From positions 11,004-75,003 of the forward strand of contig SLRQ01000013.1 in the NCBI GenBank assembly GCA_007130885.1: a stretch of 64,000 nt of DNA. The letters are read 5' to 3'. The stretch comes from Deltaproteobacteria bacterium. Its GTDB lineage: Bacteria > Myxococcota > Myxococcia > SLRQ01. A program made the position numbers and the translations under genes. The notes under the pieces are model-generated. The model ran no database searches. It had not been told where the DNA came from and saw nothing but the letters and a program-made list of their open reading frames with translations. Below, one piece after another: positions 49,124 to 58,587 of this stretch (position 1 is the first letter of the stretch; each line of letters begins with the position of its first letter).

Positions 49124-52100
49124 ATGAAGATTAAGAGCAGGCTCGGGCGACTAATCACCATGATGGCGGTGCTTGCCGCCATAGCGGGCATTGGTTTCAT
49201 TCTATCGCCTGAAGGCGGGGAGCCTTCCCCGTCGACTGGCGATGATTTCCTCGATCAGGTGATGTCACTGACCACCGGGGTCGAGGCCGTGGCGCGCAGA
49301 GGAGGCGCGGGTCAGGGGACTCCTTCGAGCGAGAAGGATGACGGCGAGCACGAGCTCACCTCACTCCGCCTTCTTGGAAGGGCCATGATTTTGGTCAGTG
49401 AGAACTATGTGGATCCAGACCGCATAGATCCAAAGAGGATGCTTTTGGGCTCGCTGGACCACCTCGAGAAGAGAATCCCCGAGGTGTTGGTGGACGATCG
49501 CGACGCCGAGGAGACCGGCGAGGTCCTGCTCACCGTCAATCGTTCTACCACTACCGTCGATGTGAGCGGCATGGAGTCCGTCTTGGAGCTGATTCCGCGG
49601 TTCAGACGGCTCTTCTCGTTCATACAGGACAACCTCGTGTCCACGGAGGACACCCGCCGGATCGAGTATGCCGCGATTAACGGCATGCTCTCCACCTTGG
49701 ATCCCCACTCCAACCTGCTCGATCCCGACCAATACAGCGATATGAAGCTCCATACTCGCGGGGAGTTCGGGGGGCTTGGTTTCGTGGTGTCCATGCGAGA
49801 CGGCCGGCTGACGGTCATGCGTATCATCCCCAACACACCCGCGCATGACGGTGGGGTGAAGCCACGGGACGTGATTACGCGGATAGCGGGCGAGTCCACC
49901 GCCAACATGGATCTTACCGAAGCGGTCAGCCGTCTACGCGGCAAGCCGGGAACGAAGATAGAGTTCTTTGTCGACAGGCCTGGTGAGAAGCAGCAAAAAC
50001 AGTTCGAACTCGAGCGCTCCATAATAGAGATTGAGTCGATAGACCCGGCGCGGCTTCTGGCTGACGATGTGGGCTATATACGGGTCACCAACTTCCAGGG
50101 GCACACCACTCGTGATTTGCGCAAGGCCTTCGAAAAACTTCAGGAGGAGGCTGAGGATGGCATGAAGGGCCTCATCCTGGACCTTCGCGCCAACCCCGGG
50201 GGGCTTCTGGAGCAGGCTATTCAGGTGGCGGACCTTTTCTTGGATAGGGGCACCATCGTCTCGACGGTCGGCATGAGCAACAGGCTGCGCGAACGAAACA
50301 CGGCGACTCGTAGAGGAACGCTGAAGAGAGTTCCCTTGGTGGTGTTGGTGAGTAATACCTCGGCCTCCGCCTCCGAGATCGTGAGCGGAGCGGTGCGCTA
50401 CCTCGACCGTGGCCTGGTCATCGGCAACTCCACCTTCGGTAAGGGCTCGGTGCAGGTCCTATATGATCTGGTGGATGACTCCGCTCTGAAGCTTACGATC
50501 GCGCAGTACCTCACCACCGATGACATATCGATTCAGGATCTGGGCATAGTCCCCGACATCGAGCTCCTACCCTCGCTGGTGTCCGAAAGGCGGGTCATGG
50601 TCTTTGCTCCGCGGCGCTCGCTTCGGGAGGTGGATCTAGAAGACCAGGGGGGCCCCGACGTTCCCACGGGTCCGGCTCCCGGCCTCGATCCTTTCCGTAC
50701 GAAGTTGCCCTCTGACGAAGGACAGGTCGAGAACGGAAAGGAGCCGCTGGAAAGCCTCATTTTCTTGCGTGATGACGTGCCGGAGGACGAGGAGATCGAC
50801 GAGTTCGAAGAGCCGGAGTGGGAGGAGGACTTCCACGTTCATTTCGCCCGAAGAATACTGGCGGAAGCGGGCGCCACTACGCGCGAAGAGATGCTTGAGC
50901 GGTCGAAGCCTGTAATAGAAGCTAGCCGCGAGAGTGAGCGCGGGCGCATTTACGAAGCAGTCAGCGAGCTTGGGGTGGACTGGAGCTCCGCTCCGGAAGG
51001 GAGCGAGCTGAACGAGGTCGATCTCGAGGCCGAGCTGTCCTTCGACGGACCATCGATGGGCGGGGAGGAGACCGGTCTTGTGCTGTCGTTGCGAAACGCC
51101 GGCGAAAAGCCGCTTTATCGGGTTCGGGCTTGGACCGAGTCGGCTAGTCCTCCCGTGGTTCGCTACAGCAGGCTATTCGATCGTCTCGAGTTCTTGTTTG
51201 GAAAGCTGGAGCCCGGCGAGACCCGAACGTGGCGCGTGCCTGTGGAGCTGCCGAGGGATCTGACGGCCCGGCGCGAGAAGCTGGATATTCGTGTGGAAGG
51301 TGACGGCGCGGGCATGCTTGCGAATATTCCGGCCATACTGGATGTGGACGAACGTCCCAGCCCCGTGCTCGCCTTTCATTGGCAGGTAAACGATGCCGGG
51401 CAACCCAAGGGCGATGGCCGGCTGAGCGTGGGCGAGGATGCCATGCTCGATGTTTTCTTGCGCAACATCGGTGAGGGTGATGCCTCCGATGTGGTCGTGA
51501 CCGTAAGGCATCTAGAGGACAAAAAGGTCAACATAAACCGCGGTCGCCACCGGATCGGAGAGCTGAAGGCCGGTAATGAGGGCAAGGGCCGCATGTCGCT
51601 CCAGGTGGACGAGGGGTTCGAGGGCGATGAAGTGCGAATCAAGGTAACCGCGTATGATCTCGAGTCGGCAAGGGTTGTCTCCGACCAGGTGACGGTTCCG
51701 CTATCAAGGGAGCCCATTGAGGTCGCGGAGGCTTCCGGCACCGCTAGGCTGCGCGAGTCTACCGAAATCCTGGCTTGGGCGGGTCGAGATGCGGAGCTCT
51801 TGGCGCGAGTCACCTTGGGTACGGTGTTGCCCGTCAAGGCTCGTGTAGGCTCTTTCTACCGAGTGGCTTGGGGCGGGGACCGCGAAGGTTTCGTGCACAA
51901 AGACTCCGTTCGGCTTCTGACCGAGGAGATAGAAGGTCCGGATGGAGATATCGTGGCCGTTTACAGTCATCGTCCGCCGAGGATCGTGATTGCCGGCGAT
52001 AGGGCTCCGGTGACGGAACAAGAGGAGTTCATCCTGTCCGGTATGGCCGAAGGTGAGTCCTCGCTCCGTGACGTGTATATCTTCGTCAACAATGACAAGC

Positions 52101-52330
52101 TCTTCTTCCGTGCTTCGCGGGCGGCGGATTTGGACTCCGATAATGGAAACGAGAGTGATGGCCCCGAGGAAAGTGACGAGCCGCCTGTCACGGATACTCG
52201 CGTTCCCTTCGAGGTGAGCGTTCCTCTCGAAAAAGGGGCCAACAGCATCATAGTATTTGCACGCAAGAATGACGATTTGATGGCCAGCCGCCGCCTGGTG
52301 GTGTTCAGGGATGCCCCTGAAAAGCCCTGA
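49124..52330 (+). CDS. S41 C-terminal processing peptidase (PDZ + S41 core) with ~550-aa C-terminal extension
   Basis: N-terminal membrane anchor. PDZ (GLGFVVSMRDGRLTVMRIIPNTPA). S41 catalytic motifs SNTSASASEIVSGA (Ser) and TFGKGSVQ (Lys). A long beta-rich extension follows. GGAG RBS upstream of ATG 49124. Confidence 0.75.
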   Translation: MKIKSRLGRLITMMAVLAAIAGIGFILSPEGGEPSPSTGDDFLDQVMSLTTGVEAVARRGGAGQGTPSSEKDDGEHELTSLRLLGRAMILVSENYVDPDRIDPKRMLLGSLDHLEKRIPEVLVDDRDAEETGEVLLTVNRSTTTVDVSGMESVLELIPRFRRLFSFIQDNLVSTEDTRRIEYAAINGMLSTLDPHSNLLDPDQYSDMKLHTRGEFGGLGFVVSMRDGRLTVMRIIPNTPAHDGGVKPRDVITRIAGESTANMDLTEAVSRLRGKPGTKIEFFVDRPGEKQQKQFELERSIIEIESIDPARLLADDVGYIRVTNFQGHTTRDLRKAFEKLQEEAEDGMKGLILDLRANPGGLLEQAIQVADLFLDRGTIVSTVGMSNRLRERNTATRRGTLKRVPLVVLVSNTSASASEIVSGAVRYLDRGLVIGNSTFGKGSVQVLYDLVDDSALKLTIAQYLTTDDISIQDLGIVPDIELLPSLVSERRVMVFAPRRSLREVDLEDQGGPDVPTGPAPGLDPFRTKLPSDEGQVENGKEPLESLIFLRDDVPEDEEIDEFEEPEWEEDFHVHFARRILAEAGATTREEMLERSKPVIEASRESERGRIYEAVSELGVDWSSAPEGSELNEVDLEAELSFDGPSMGGEETGLVLSLRNAGEKPLYRVRAWTESASPPVVRYSRLFDRLEFLFGKLEPGETRTWRVPVELPRDLTARREKLDIRVEGDGAGMLANIPAILDVDERPSPVLAFHWQVNDAGQPKGDGRLSVGEDAMLDVFLRNIGEGDASDVVVTVRHLEDKKVNINRGRHRIGELKAGNEGKGRMSLQVDEGFEGDEVRIKVTAYDLESARVVSDQVTVPLSREPIEVAEASGTARLRESTEILAWAGRDAELLARVTLGTVLPVKARVGSFYRVAWGGDREGFVHKDSVRLLTEEIEGPDGDIVAVYSHRPPRIVIAGDRAPVTEQEEFILSGMAEGESSLRDVYIFVNNDKLFFRASRAADLDSDNGNESDGPEESDEPPVTDTRVPFEVSVPLEKGANSIIVFARKNDDLMASRRLVVFRDAPEKP

Positions 52331-52365
52331 GTGCGCCTTCGGCCTGAAGGAAGCCCCCGCCTCCC

Positions 52366-53949
52366 ATGAACCTTCGTGTTGTCCTCCTGGCCGCTCTTCT
52401 TGCAGGCTGCGGAATCGCGGTCGTTGCTTACAAGGTAAAGGCGCTGGGTTACGATCTGGTCCCGCGCGCCACCGAGGATAGGTGGTCGGTGCAGATCCAG
52501 CTTCGCTTCCGAAGCGTGGGGGAAGACGCGGGCGCTCGCGTCTTCTTGCCGGCGGACCGTCTACCGCGGCAGCGTATTTACGATGAAAGGATCCTGGCCG
52601 AGGGTGCCCGCTTCGATGTGAGTACCCACGGCGACAACCGCATCGGCACCATCTCCGGTCGTCCCGGTACCTCGGGAACTCTATCTTATCGGTTCGCCGT
52701 TCATCTTCGCGCGGAGGATGAGGAGCTTCCGTCGGAAAGGGATGTAAGTGAGGTGCCGCCGGATCCCGACTCGATATGGCTGGCACCCGAGCGTCACATA
52801 CAGTCCGATGACTCTCGGGTGCTGGAGCGTTTGCGAGAGATACGCTCCCCCGATGCCGGCCCCGTTCGAACAGTGCGTTACATCTTCGACTATGTGCGCG
52901 ACGAGGTAGTGGGCGTCGATCTGGGTGATGGGGCCGATGCTCTTACCGTGCTCCAGCTCGAACGCGGTGGGCCTTTAGGTAAGGCGAGGCTCGCTGTTGC
53001 GTTGGCTCGCGCGGGTGGACTGCCCGCTCGGGTCGTGGCCGGCATTGACATGGAGGACGGCACCAGGAACGAGCTTCGGCACTGGGCGGAGGTCTTGCTG
53101 GGGGAGCAGTGGCATGCGCTGGACGTCGTCTCCGGCCATATCGGTCGCCTGCCTCGAGAAAGGTTGATTTTGTACGAGGGCGACGGCCCGGCGGTGGATA
53201 CCAGGGGCCTTGAAGAAGTATCTTTCCAGATAGATGCTCTCAAGGAAGAGGTTTCGCAGCACCGCTTGTATCAGAGGCGGGTGCTCGAATCCGATACCGT
53301 CCTCGACCGCGTCAGTCTGTACACCTTGCCGGTCAACACTCAGATGACCCTGCGCGTCTTGCTGCTCATTCCGTTTGGAGCGCTGATAGTATCTCTCTTT
53401 CGGAACATGGTCGGAGTGCCGACCTTCGGCACCTTCATGCCGGTCCTGCTTGCGCTTGCCTTCCTGGAGACCGGTCTCGCTCTAGGAGTGGCTCTTCTGC
53501 TCATAATCATAGGTGTGGGGTGGCTCTTTCGGGGCTTGCTGGACTGGTTGCAGCTATTGATGATCCCGCGCCTGTCTTTCCTGCTCACCGTGGTCATCGT
53601 AATCATAGTAGGCATAAGCTTGTTGAGCGACCGGGCCGGGATGACCGCGGGCCTGTACGCCGCCGCGTTCCCGATAGTCATCATAACCGCCACCATCGAG
53701 CGTTTCTCGGTGATGATCGTCGAGGAAGGACCAAGAAACGCCGCCAATACGACCGTGGGCACGCTGCTGGTTGCTCTTGCTTGTTACGGCATGCTCATAA
53801 GCGACGTCTTACAGCGAACAGTGCTGGCTTTTCCCGAGCTGCTTCTGCCGGTGCTGGGAGTGTTGCTTCTCATAGGCCGTTACACCGGCTACCGGCTGTC
53901 CGAGTGGGCCAGGTTCTCGGCTTTCAATAGGGGTTTTGGTGACGCGTGA
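52366..53949 (+). CDS. Cys-less (inactive) transglutaminase-like periplasmic domain fused to a C-terminal polytopic (about 7-TM) membrane domain
   Basis: N-terminal anchor/lipobox-like LLAGCG. TGase-like core KARLAVALARAGGLPARVVAGI...RHWAEV...WHALD keeps His and Asp, but no Cys is present at the nucleophile position. Residues ~330-527 are strongly hydrophobic and form multiple TM helices. Confidence 0.7.
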   Translation: MNLRVVLLAALLAGCGIAVVAYKVKALGYDLVPRATEDRWSVQIQLRFRSVGEDAGARVFLPADRLPRQRIYDERILAEGARFDVSTHGDNRIGTISGRPGTSGTLSYRFAVHLRAEDEELPSERDVSEVPPDPDSIWLAPERHIQSDDSRVLERLREIRSPDAGPVRTVRYIFDYVRDEVVGVDLGDGADALTVLQLERGGPLGKARLAVALARAGGLPARVVAGIDMEDGTRNELRHWAEVLLGEQWHALDVVSGHIGRLPRERLILYEGDGPAVDTRGLEEVSFQIDALKEEVSQHRLYQRRVLESDTVLDRVSLYTLPVNTQMTLRVLLLIPFGALIVSLFRNMVGVPTFGTFMPVLLALAFLETGLALGVALLLIIIGVGWLFRGLLDWLQLLMIPRLSFLLTVVIVIIVGISLLSDRAGMTAGLYAAAFPIVIITATIERFSVMIVEEGPRNAANTTVGTLLVALACYGMLISDVLQRTVLAFPELLLPVLGVLLLIGRYTGYRLSEWARFSAFNRGFGDA

Positions 53950-54923
53950 TGGTTTTCGGCCGTTTCAAGACCTACCGAAGCTTCGGAGTCCTCGGCATCA
54001 ATCGGCGCAACGCCGATCTGATCCTCGGATGCAATCCCCGCCGCCTCTTTCCTCTTGTGGACGACAAGCTTGCGACCAAGTCACTCTGCGAAGCCCACGG
54101 GATAAGAACCCCCGCCCTTTACGGAACAGTGAGCGCCCACCACGAGCTGCGTGCTCTCGAAGCTATGTTGGGGGACAGAAGGGATCTGGTCGTAAAGCCC
54201 GCCAAGGGGGCGATGGGCAACGGCGTTCTGGTAATAACTGATCGGAAGGGTGATCGTTTCATTAGGGCCGGCGGGGCTTCGCTGGGCATCAAGGATCTTC
54301 GGTACCACATAAGCAGCATTCTCTCCGGCCTCTACTCGCTCGGTGGACGAACCGACAAGGCAATCATCGAGGCGAGGGTGCGGGCTCATTCGGTGTTCGA
54401 TGACTTGTCCCTCGGTGTCCCCGACTGCCGGATCATCGTCTTTCGCGGCGTTCCCGTGATGTCCATGCTCCGGCTGCCTACACGGATGAGCGGCGGAAGG
54501 GCCAACCTTCATCAGGGAGCCATAGCCGTGGGGGTCGACGTGGGAACAGGCGTGACTCATCGTGCGGTGCACCTCGACCGAGTGGTGGCGCGGCACCCGG
54601 ATACGGGCAGGTCCGTCAACGGCATTCATCTTCCTCACTGGGACGAGATACTTCACATCGCCGCGGTCAGCGCCGACATGACGGGCCTGGGCTATCTCGG
54701 CGTGGACGTCGTAATAGACGCCGAGGGGGGGCCCATGCTGCTGGAGCTGAATGCCAGGCCGGGCCTCTCCATACAAATAGCCAACGGGGCCGGCCTCACT
54801 CCACGGCTCGACATGCTCGAGGGCCGGGACGTATCCAGCCTTTCCCCCGAGGACCGAGCTTCCTTGGCCAAATCCATGTTCGGCTCTTCGGAGCATCGGG
54901 AGGATGAGTCTCTTGTCGCTTGA
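53949..54923 (+). CDS. alpha-L-glutamate ligase-like protein (RimK-type ATP-grasp)
   Basis: N-terminus GVLGINRRNADLILGCNPRRLFPLVDDKLATK...VVKPAKGAMGNGVLVI matches the conserved opening of the alpha-L-glutamate-ligase-related ATP-grasp family. ATG overlaps the upstream stop (tgATG). Confidence 0.8.
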   Translation: MVFGRFKTYRSFGVLGINRRNADLILGCNPRRLFPLVDDKLATKSLCEAHGIRTPALYGTVSAHHELRALEAMLGDRRDLVVKPAKGAMGNGVLVITDRKGDRFIRAGGASLGIKDLRYHISSILSGLYSLGGRTDKAIIEARVRAHSVFDDLSLGVPDCRIIVFRGVPVMSMLRLPTRMSGGRANLHQGAIAVGVDVGTGVTHRAVHLDRVVARHPDTGRSVNGIHLPHWDEILHIAAVSADMTGLGYLGVDVVIDAEGGPMLLELNARPGLSIQIANGAGLTPRLDMLEGRDVSSLSPEDRASLAKSMFGSSEHREDESLVA

Positions 54924-55887
54924 ACCAAAGCCGCGCTCATCTTGGATGCGGGGGCGTATCTCCGTTTGGGTGGCCGTGCTCTCATCAGCGGCTGTCGCCT
55001 GTTCCTTGGAGCGAGATTCGTCAAATGAGATGGGCGAAGTGCTCGCGGGCGTGGAGGTGGTAAGGGAGTTGGTCTTCATCGTGCGGGTGGAGGGAAAGGG
55101 TGAGGACGTTCGTTTGGAGATCCCGCTTCCGCTTGGCGGAGACAACGTGAAGATCTTCGAGGAGGAGCTGCGCCTACGAGGGTTTTCGTTCGAGGAGAGG
55201 GTGGAGGACGGGATCCGTACCGCGATCCTGGAGTATCCCGTGCTCGAGGGCCGGCGCCGTTTCACCTACAAGGCCGTCATAGGCCTCCAAAGCATGGAGC
55301 ACGAAGTCATTTCTCCGGAGCCTAAAGCCATTGTGAACCGGGATCTGCGCGTGTACACGCTTCCCACCCCCAGGATGCAGTCCCGAAGCCCCCTGGTTCG
55401 AGAGCGGCTGATAGAGCATGTGGAGCCCGGGCTCGAGGCCGGAGACGAGGATATAGTGCGCATGATATTCGGGCTCGTGGCGGGTCGGTTCGAGCGGCGA
55501 ACCTCGGATGGTACCGGCAATGTGCTCCGTGCACTGCGAGAGGAGCAGGCAAGCGACCGCGGCCTCGACAGGCTGCTGATCACCTTCATGCGCGCCGCTG
55601 GTATTCCGGCGCGACCGGTGGCCGGTTTTCATCTTCGCACCGAGGGCGGTCGCAAGTTCGAGCGCTGGACCGAGATACACGTAGGTGAGGGATGGGTGCC
55701 CATGAGTGCCCCAAAGGGTTGGTACGGCGTTCAGCCTCCGGACTATTTGCGGCTGTACCATGGCGAGCGAAGATTCATCGAGCGAGAGGGTGTGGAGCGC
55801 TTGACCTTCAAGGTCCTGGTCAGCGAGCCGAACGAGGAGGAAAGTGGAAAGCAGCACCTCTTTAAAGCAGAAGAGGAGGTCCAGTGA
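54904..55887 (+). CDS. secreted Cys-less transglutaminase-like protein
   Basis: Signal peptide (RISVWVAVLSSAAVACS). TGase-like core LDRLLITFMRAAGIPARPVAGF...WTEIHVGEGW lacks the nucleophile Cys. Overlaps the ATP-grasp 3' end by 20 nt. Confidence 0.55.
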   Translation: MSLLSLEPKPRSSWMRGRISVWVAVLSSAAVACSLERDSSNEMGEVLAGVEVVRELVFIVRVEGKGEDVRLEIPLPLGGDNVKIFEEELRLRGFSFEERVEDGIRTAILEYPVLEGRRRFTYKAVIGLQSMEHEVISPEPKAIVNRDLRVYTLPTPRMQSRSPLVRERLIEHVEPGLEAGDEDIVRMIFGLVAGRFERRTSDGTGNVLRALREEQASDRGLDRLLITFMRAAGIPARPVAGFHLRTEGGRKFERWTEIHVGEGWVPMSAPKGWYGVQPPDYLRLYHGERRFIEREGVERLTFKVLVSEPNEEESGKQHLFKAEEEVQ

Positions 55888-58043
55888 TGCAGGGTGGTCC
55901 CGCTTTCTTTTCCGGTGCCGTGAAGCAGTTGCTTGCGGCGCTCTTCGTATCGGCTCTAACTGCGACGGCCGTTGTTCGGCCTGCCGCGGCTTTCGAGAAC
56001 GCTCCGGATTTGTATATGGTGGCCGGACGTGATTGGCGGGTGGTTCTTCCCGTTTCGGTCCTTGCGGCCGCGGGAGAGAAGAGCGCCCCCGTACTGCTTC
56101 CGGAGCTGGGTAAGGGACGCTGGTTCGATCATTTCATCAGCCGCTACGAGCCGACAAGACCTGCGTTGATCGTCCCGACCGATGGCGACGGCAAGCCCAC
56201 CGCGTACCTCCCTTGGGAGGAAGGTCCAACATTTCCCGAGCCGGAGGGCGGTCCCATCAAGCTCGTGGATCTGTCGGCGCGGGTTAGTGAGCTGCCGCTC
56301 TTGTTGGCCGAGGAGATCGTACCCTTATCCTCGGTTGATCCCGGCCCGCCGGTGTGGATTGTCTCCGACGCCGATTACCACACCGGCCTTCTGGCGGCGG
56401 TGGCGGCGGGGGCCGAGCGGGGCATACTGGTCCCGGTCGCCGCTGATAGGGAAGACATAACGAGAGCGCTTTCGTTCGCAAGAGCCCGCCGTGCTCCGGT
56501 CCGCCTGGCCCTGTCCCATTCGGAGGAGTCTTCACCGGCCTCGTCCGCCCTGAAAGCAGCCGTGTTGGAGGCAGCGCTCGTCGGTGATGTCCCCGTGGAG
56601 GTAGTGAAAGGAGTCGATGCGTTGACCGGCCGGGCCGCCGCCGGCTTCGCCGGTCTTCGTTCGGCTGAACTCCGAGGTCACGTTGTGTTCACAAACCCAG
56701 CGGACGTAGAGGGCCGGTTCAGCCCGCCGCATTTGTCCTTGCTGGCTCCTCTGTTCGCGATATCGAGACAGGCTTCGCTGGTGCTGACGGACGGCGATCC
56801 CGAAAAGACGGAGCGTAAGCTGGAGGCCTTCGAGGAAGAGCACGGATCTGTCAGTCACGTAACGCTCATCGGTGACTACCTTACGCTGCGAATGCGCGAA
56901 ATGCTCGACCCCGACGATGTTCACGAGGGCGTAGATGAACCCCGCCGTTTCAAGGTGCCGTCGCTTGCCGGAGTGATCGACCTCCAGCCCGCGGAGTATG
57001 CCACGGGGAGGCTCGCCGCCGAGGATGTGCATGATCTCTCTTTGCAGATAGGCCGCATAATGGCGCCGAGACGAGCGCTGGGTTCAAAGAAGCGACCGGC
57101 GTTGATGCTCGCCAATGCCGATGAGATCTTCGTCATCGCGGAGCTCGTTTCGATGGCCACCGTAAAAGAGATGCGGAACACCGGTTGGGACGTGACCGCC
57201 TACTATGGGGATGAGATCGACCGGGATCTCATTTTCGACGAGATGCCGGGTAAGCAAGTAATCATTTGGACCGGTCATCCCAGGGATCTGACCGTCGATT
57301 ACGACATAGGAGTCGTCGATCAGATGCTGGACTCCTCCTTGGTATTCCTGCAGGGCTGCTACACCTTGGATCGCAACGATCCGTATGTGCTGGTCCAGCA
57401 GGGAGCAGGCGGCATCATAGGTACATACATGGCGGTCTACAGCGCTTCAGGCTCGGCTTTTGCCAAGACCGTCCTGGACGCGATGCTCTACTACGGGGCG
57501 GACCAGGGAGAAGCCATGGTTCATGCCCGTAACTACCAGCTCGCCTATGTCGAGATGAAGAGGCAGCGCGGGCACAGGGATTGGCGAAAGACCTGGCGCG
57601 CCGCTCTTTCATTCGATCTTTGGGGCGACCCCACGTTGCGTTCGGTGCAGCCGAGACGCGAGCCTGAAAAGCCTCCGGTGCGCCTGAAGCGTGAGGGCGA
57701 GGTCCTGAGGTTTCTGGTGCCCGCGGAGCGCTACTCGGGCCTTGCGGCGGGCAGGTACACTCTGGAGTCGGTTGCCGGCGGTCAGCTCGGAGCCATCTAC
57801 ACCCGCAGCGACGATTGGGGGGACGAGCGGCGATCGCAGCCCTTCTACTTTGGTTGGGTTGATTTGCCCGAGCATGACGAGCCGCCGGAGCTTGAAAGTA
57901 AGGTGCCCGATGACGAGTGGGTCACCGTTTGGGCTCCCAAGCGGCAAAGGCTTTATATCCTCGTCCACAACCGTGCCGAGAGAGCCGTCGGGCGGGAGGG
58001 GCTCGTTTTCAGGTTGAAGGGCGCCGCCTCCGAAGAGCCATGA
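55887..58043 (+). CDS. secreted 719-aa protein with a caspase/gingipain-like His...Cys arrangement (putative CD-clan-like peptidase or pseudo-peptidase)
   Basis: Signal peptide. GAGGAGG RBS. Hydrophobic strand followed by His (QVIIWTGHPRD) and, 27 residues later, a hydrophobic strand followed by Cys (SLVFLQGCYT). The functional call is an inference. The CDS itself is well supported. Confidence 0.5.
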   Translation: MQGGPAFFSGAVKQLLAALFVSALTATAVVRPAAAFENAPDLYMVAGRDWRVVLPVSVLAAAGEKSAPVLLPELGKGRWFDHFISRYEPTRPALIVPTDGDGKPTAYLPWEEGPTFPEPEGGPIKLVDLSARVSELPLLLAEEIVPLSSVDPGPPVWIVSDADYHTGLLAAVAAGAERGILVPVAADREDITRALSFARARRAPVRLALSHSEESSPASSALKAAVLEAALVGDVPVEVVKGVDALTGRAAAGFAGLRSAELRGHVVFTNPADVEGRFSPPHLSLLAPLFAISRQASLVLTDGDPEKTERKLEAFEEEHGSVSHVTLIGDYLTLRMREMLDPDDVHEGVDEPRRFKVPSLAGVIDLQPAEYATGRLAAEDVHDLSLQIGRIMAPRRALGSKKRPALMLANADEIFVIAELVSMATVKEMRNTGWDVTAYYGDEIDRDLIFDEMPGKQVIIWTGHPRDLTVDYDIGVVDQMLDSSLVFLQGCYTLDRNDPYVLVQQGAGGIIGTYMAVYSASGSAFAKTVLDAMLYYGADQGEAMVHARNYQLAYVEMKRQRGHRDWRKTWRAALSFDLWGDPTLRSVQPRREPEKPPVRLKREGEVLRFLVPAERYSGLAAGRYTLESVAGGQLGAIYTRSDDWGDERRSQPFYFGWVDLPEHDEPPELESKVPDDEWVTVWAPKRQRLYILVHNRAERAVGREGLVFRLKGAASEEP

Positions 58044-58132
58044 AGAGGATGTCTGAGGTATCCCCTCTATCGTCCGAGTCGCTTGGCAGACTTCGAGAAG
58101 AAACGGCCTTTTGCGACACCCTCTATTGCTAG
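58040..58132 (+). CDS. possible 30-codon ORF (MKRMSEVSPLSSESLGRLREETAFCDTLYC) overlapping the upstream stop (ATGA)
   Basis: Translational-coupling geometry and a position directly after the ATP-grasp/TGase module. No other support. Confidence 0.15.
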   Translation: MKRMSEVSPLSSESLGRLREETAFCDTLYC

Positions 58133-58587
58133 ACCGGCGGGTACCTGCGAAGCAACGGACCACCTGGCTGGCGTGTCCTTGGTAGAGGCTACATGCGACT
58201 CCAAGACTACGTCATCGGATATTTGGTCGCTAGAGAAGTGACTAATCCTGAGTACCGGGGCGGATGTGTTTTCAGGTAGTTAGCGGGATAAGGTCGAGCC
58301 ATGCCAGGTCTCTCGACCCTTGGCGGCCTTGCCATGGAGAACCCTTTTCGTGACAAGCGGGTTGAAGGTTCCGCAACATGAGGACAAACTCCTATGTCAC
58401 TAGTAGTTGCGGAAAAGGGGGGTGCCGTGTGCGGTCGATACCACTTTAGATGTTTGGACGCGCGCGGCGAGGCTACCGGGCCGCTCGAGTTAGTGGGTAT
58501 CGATACGTGCGCTTACGACACCGGCTGTAGCATCGTTCCGTCCATCCGGATTGCCCGCATTATCGCGTGAGGCTTGTGAGGACCGTT

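Noticed and set aside
51704-52786. 360-aa - ORF spanning the S41 3' end and the TGase-7TM 5' end
   Set aside because: It crosses two well-supported same-strand genes in antisense and has Arg/Pro-rich composition.
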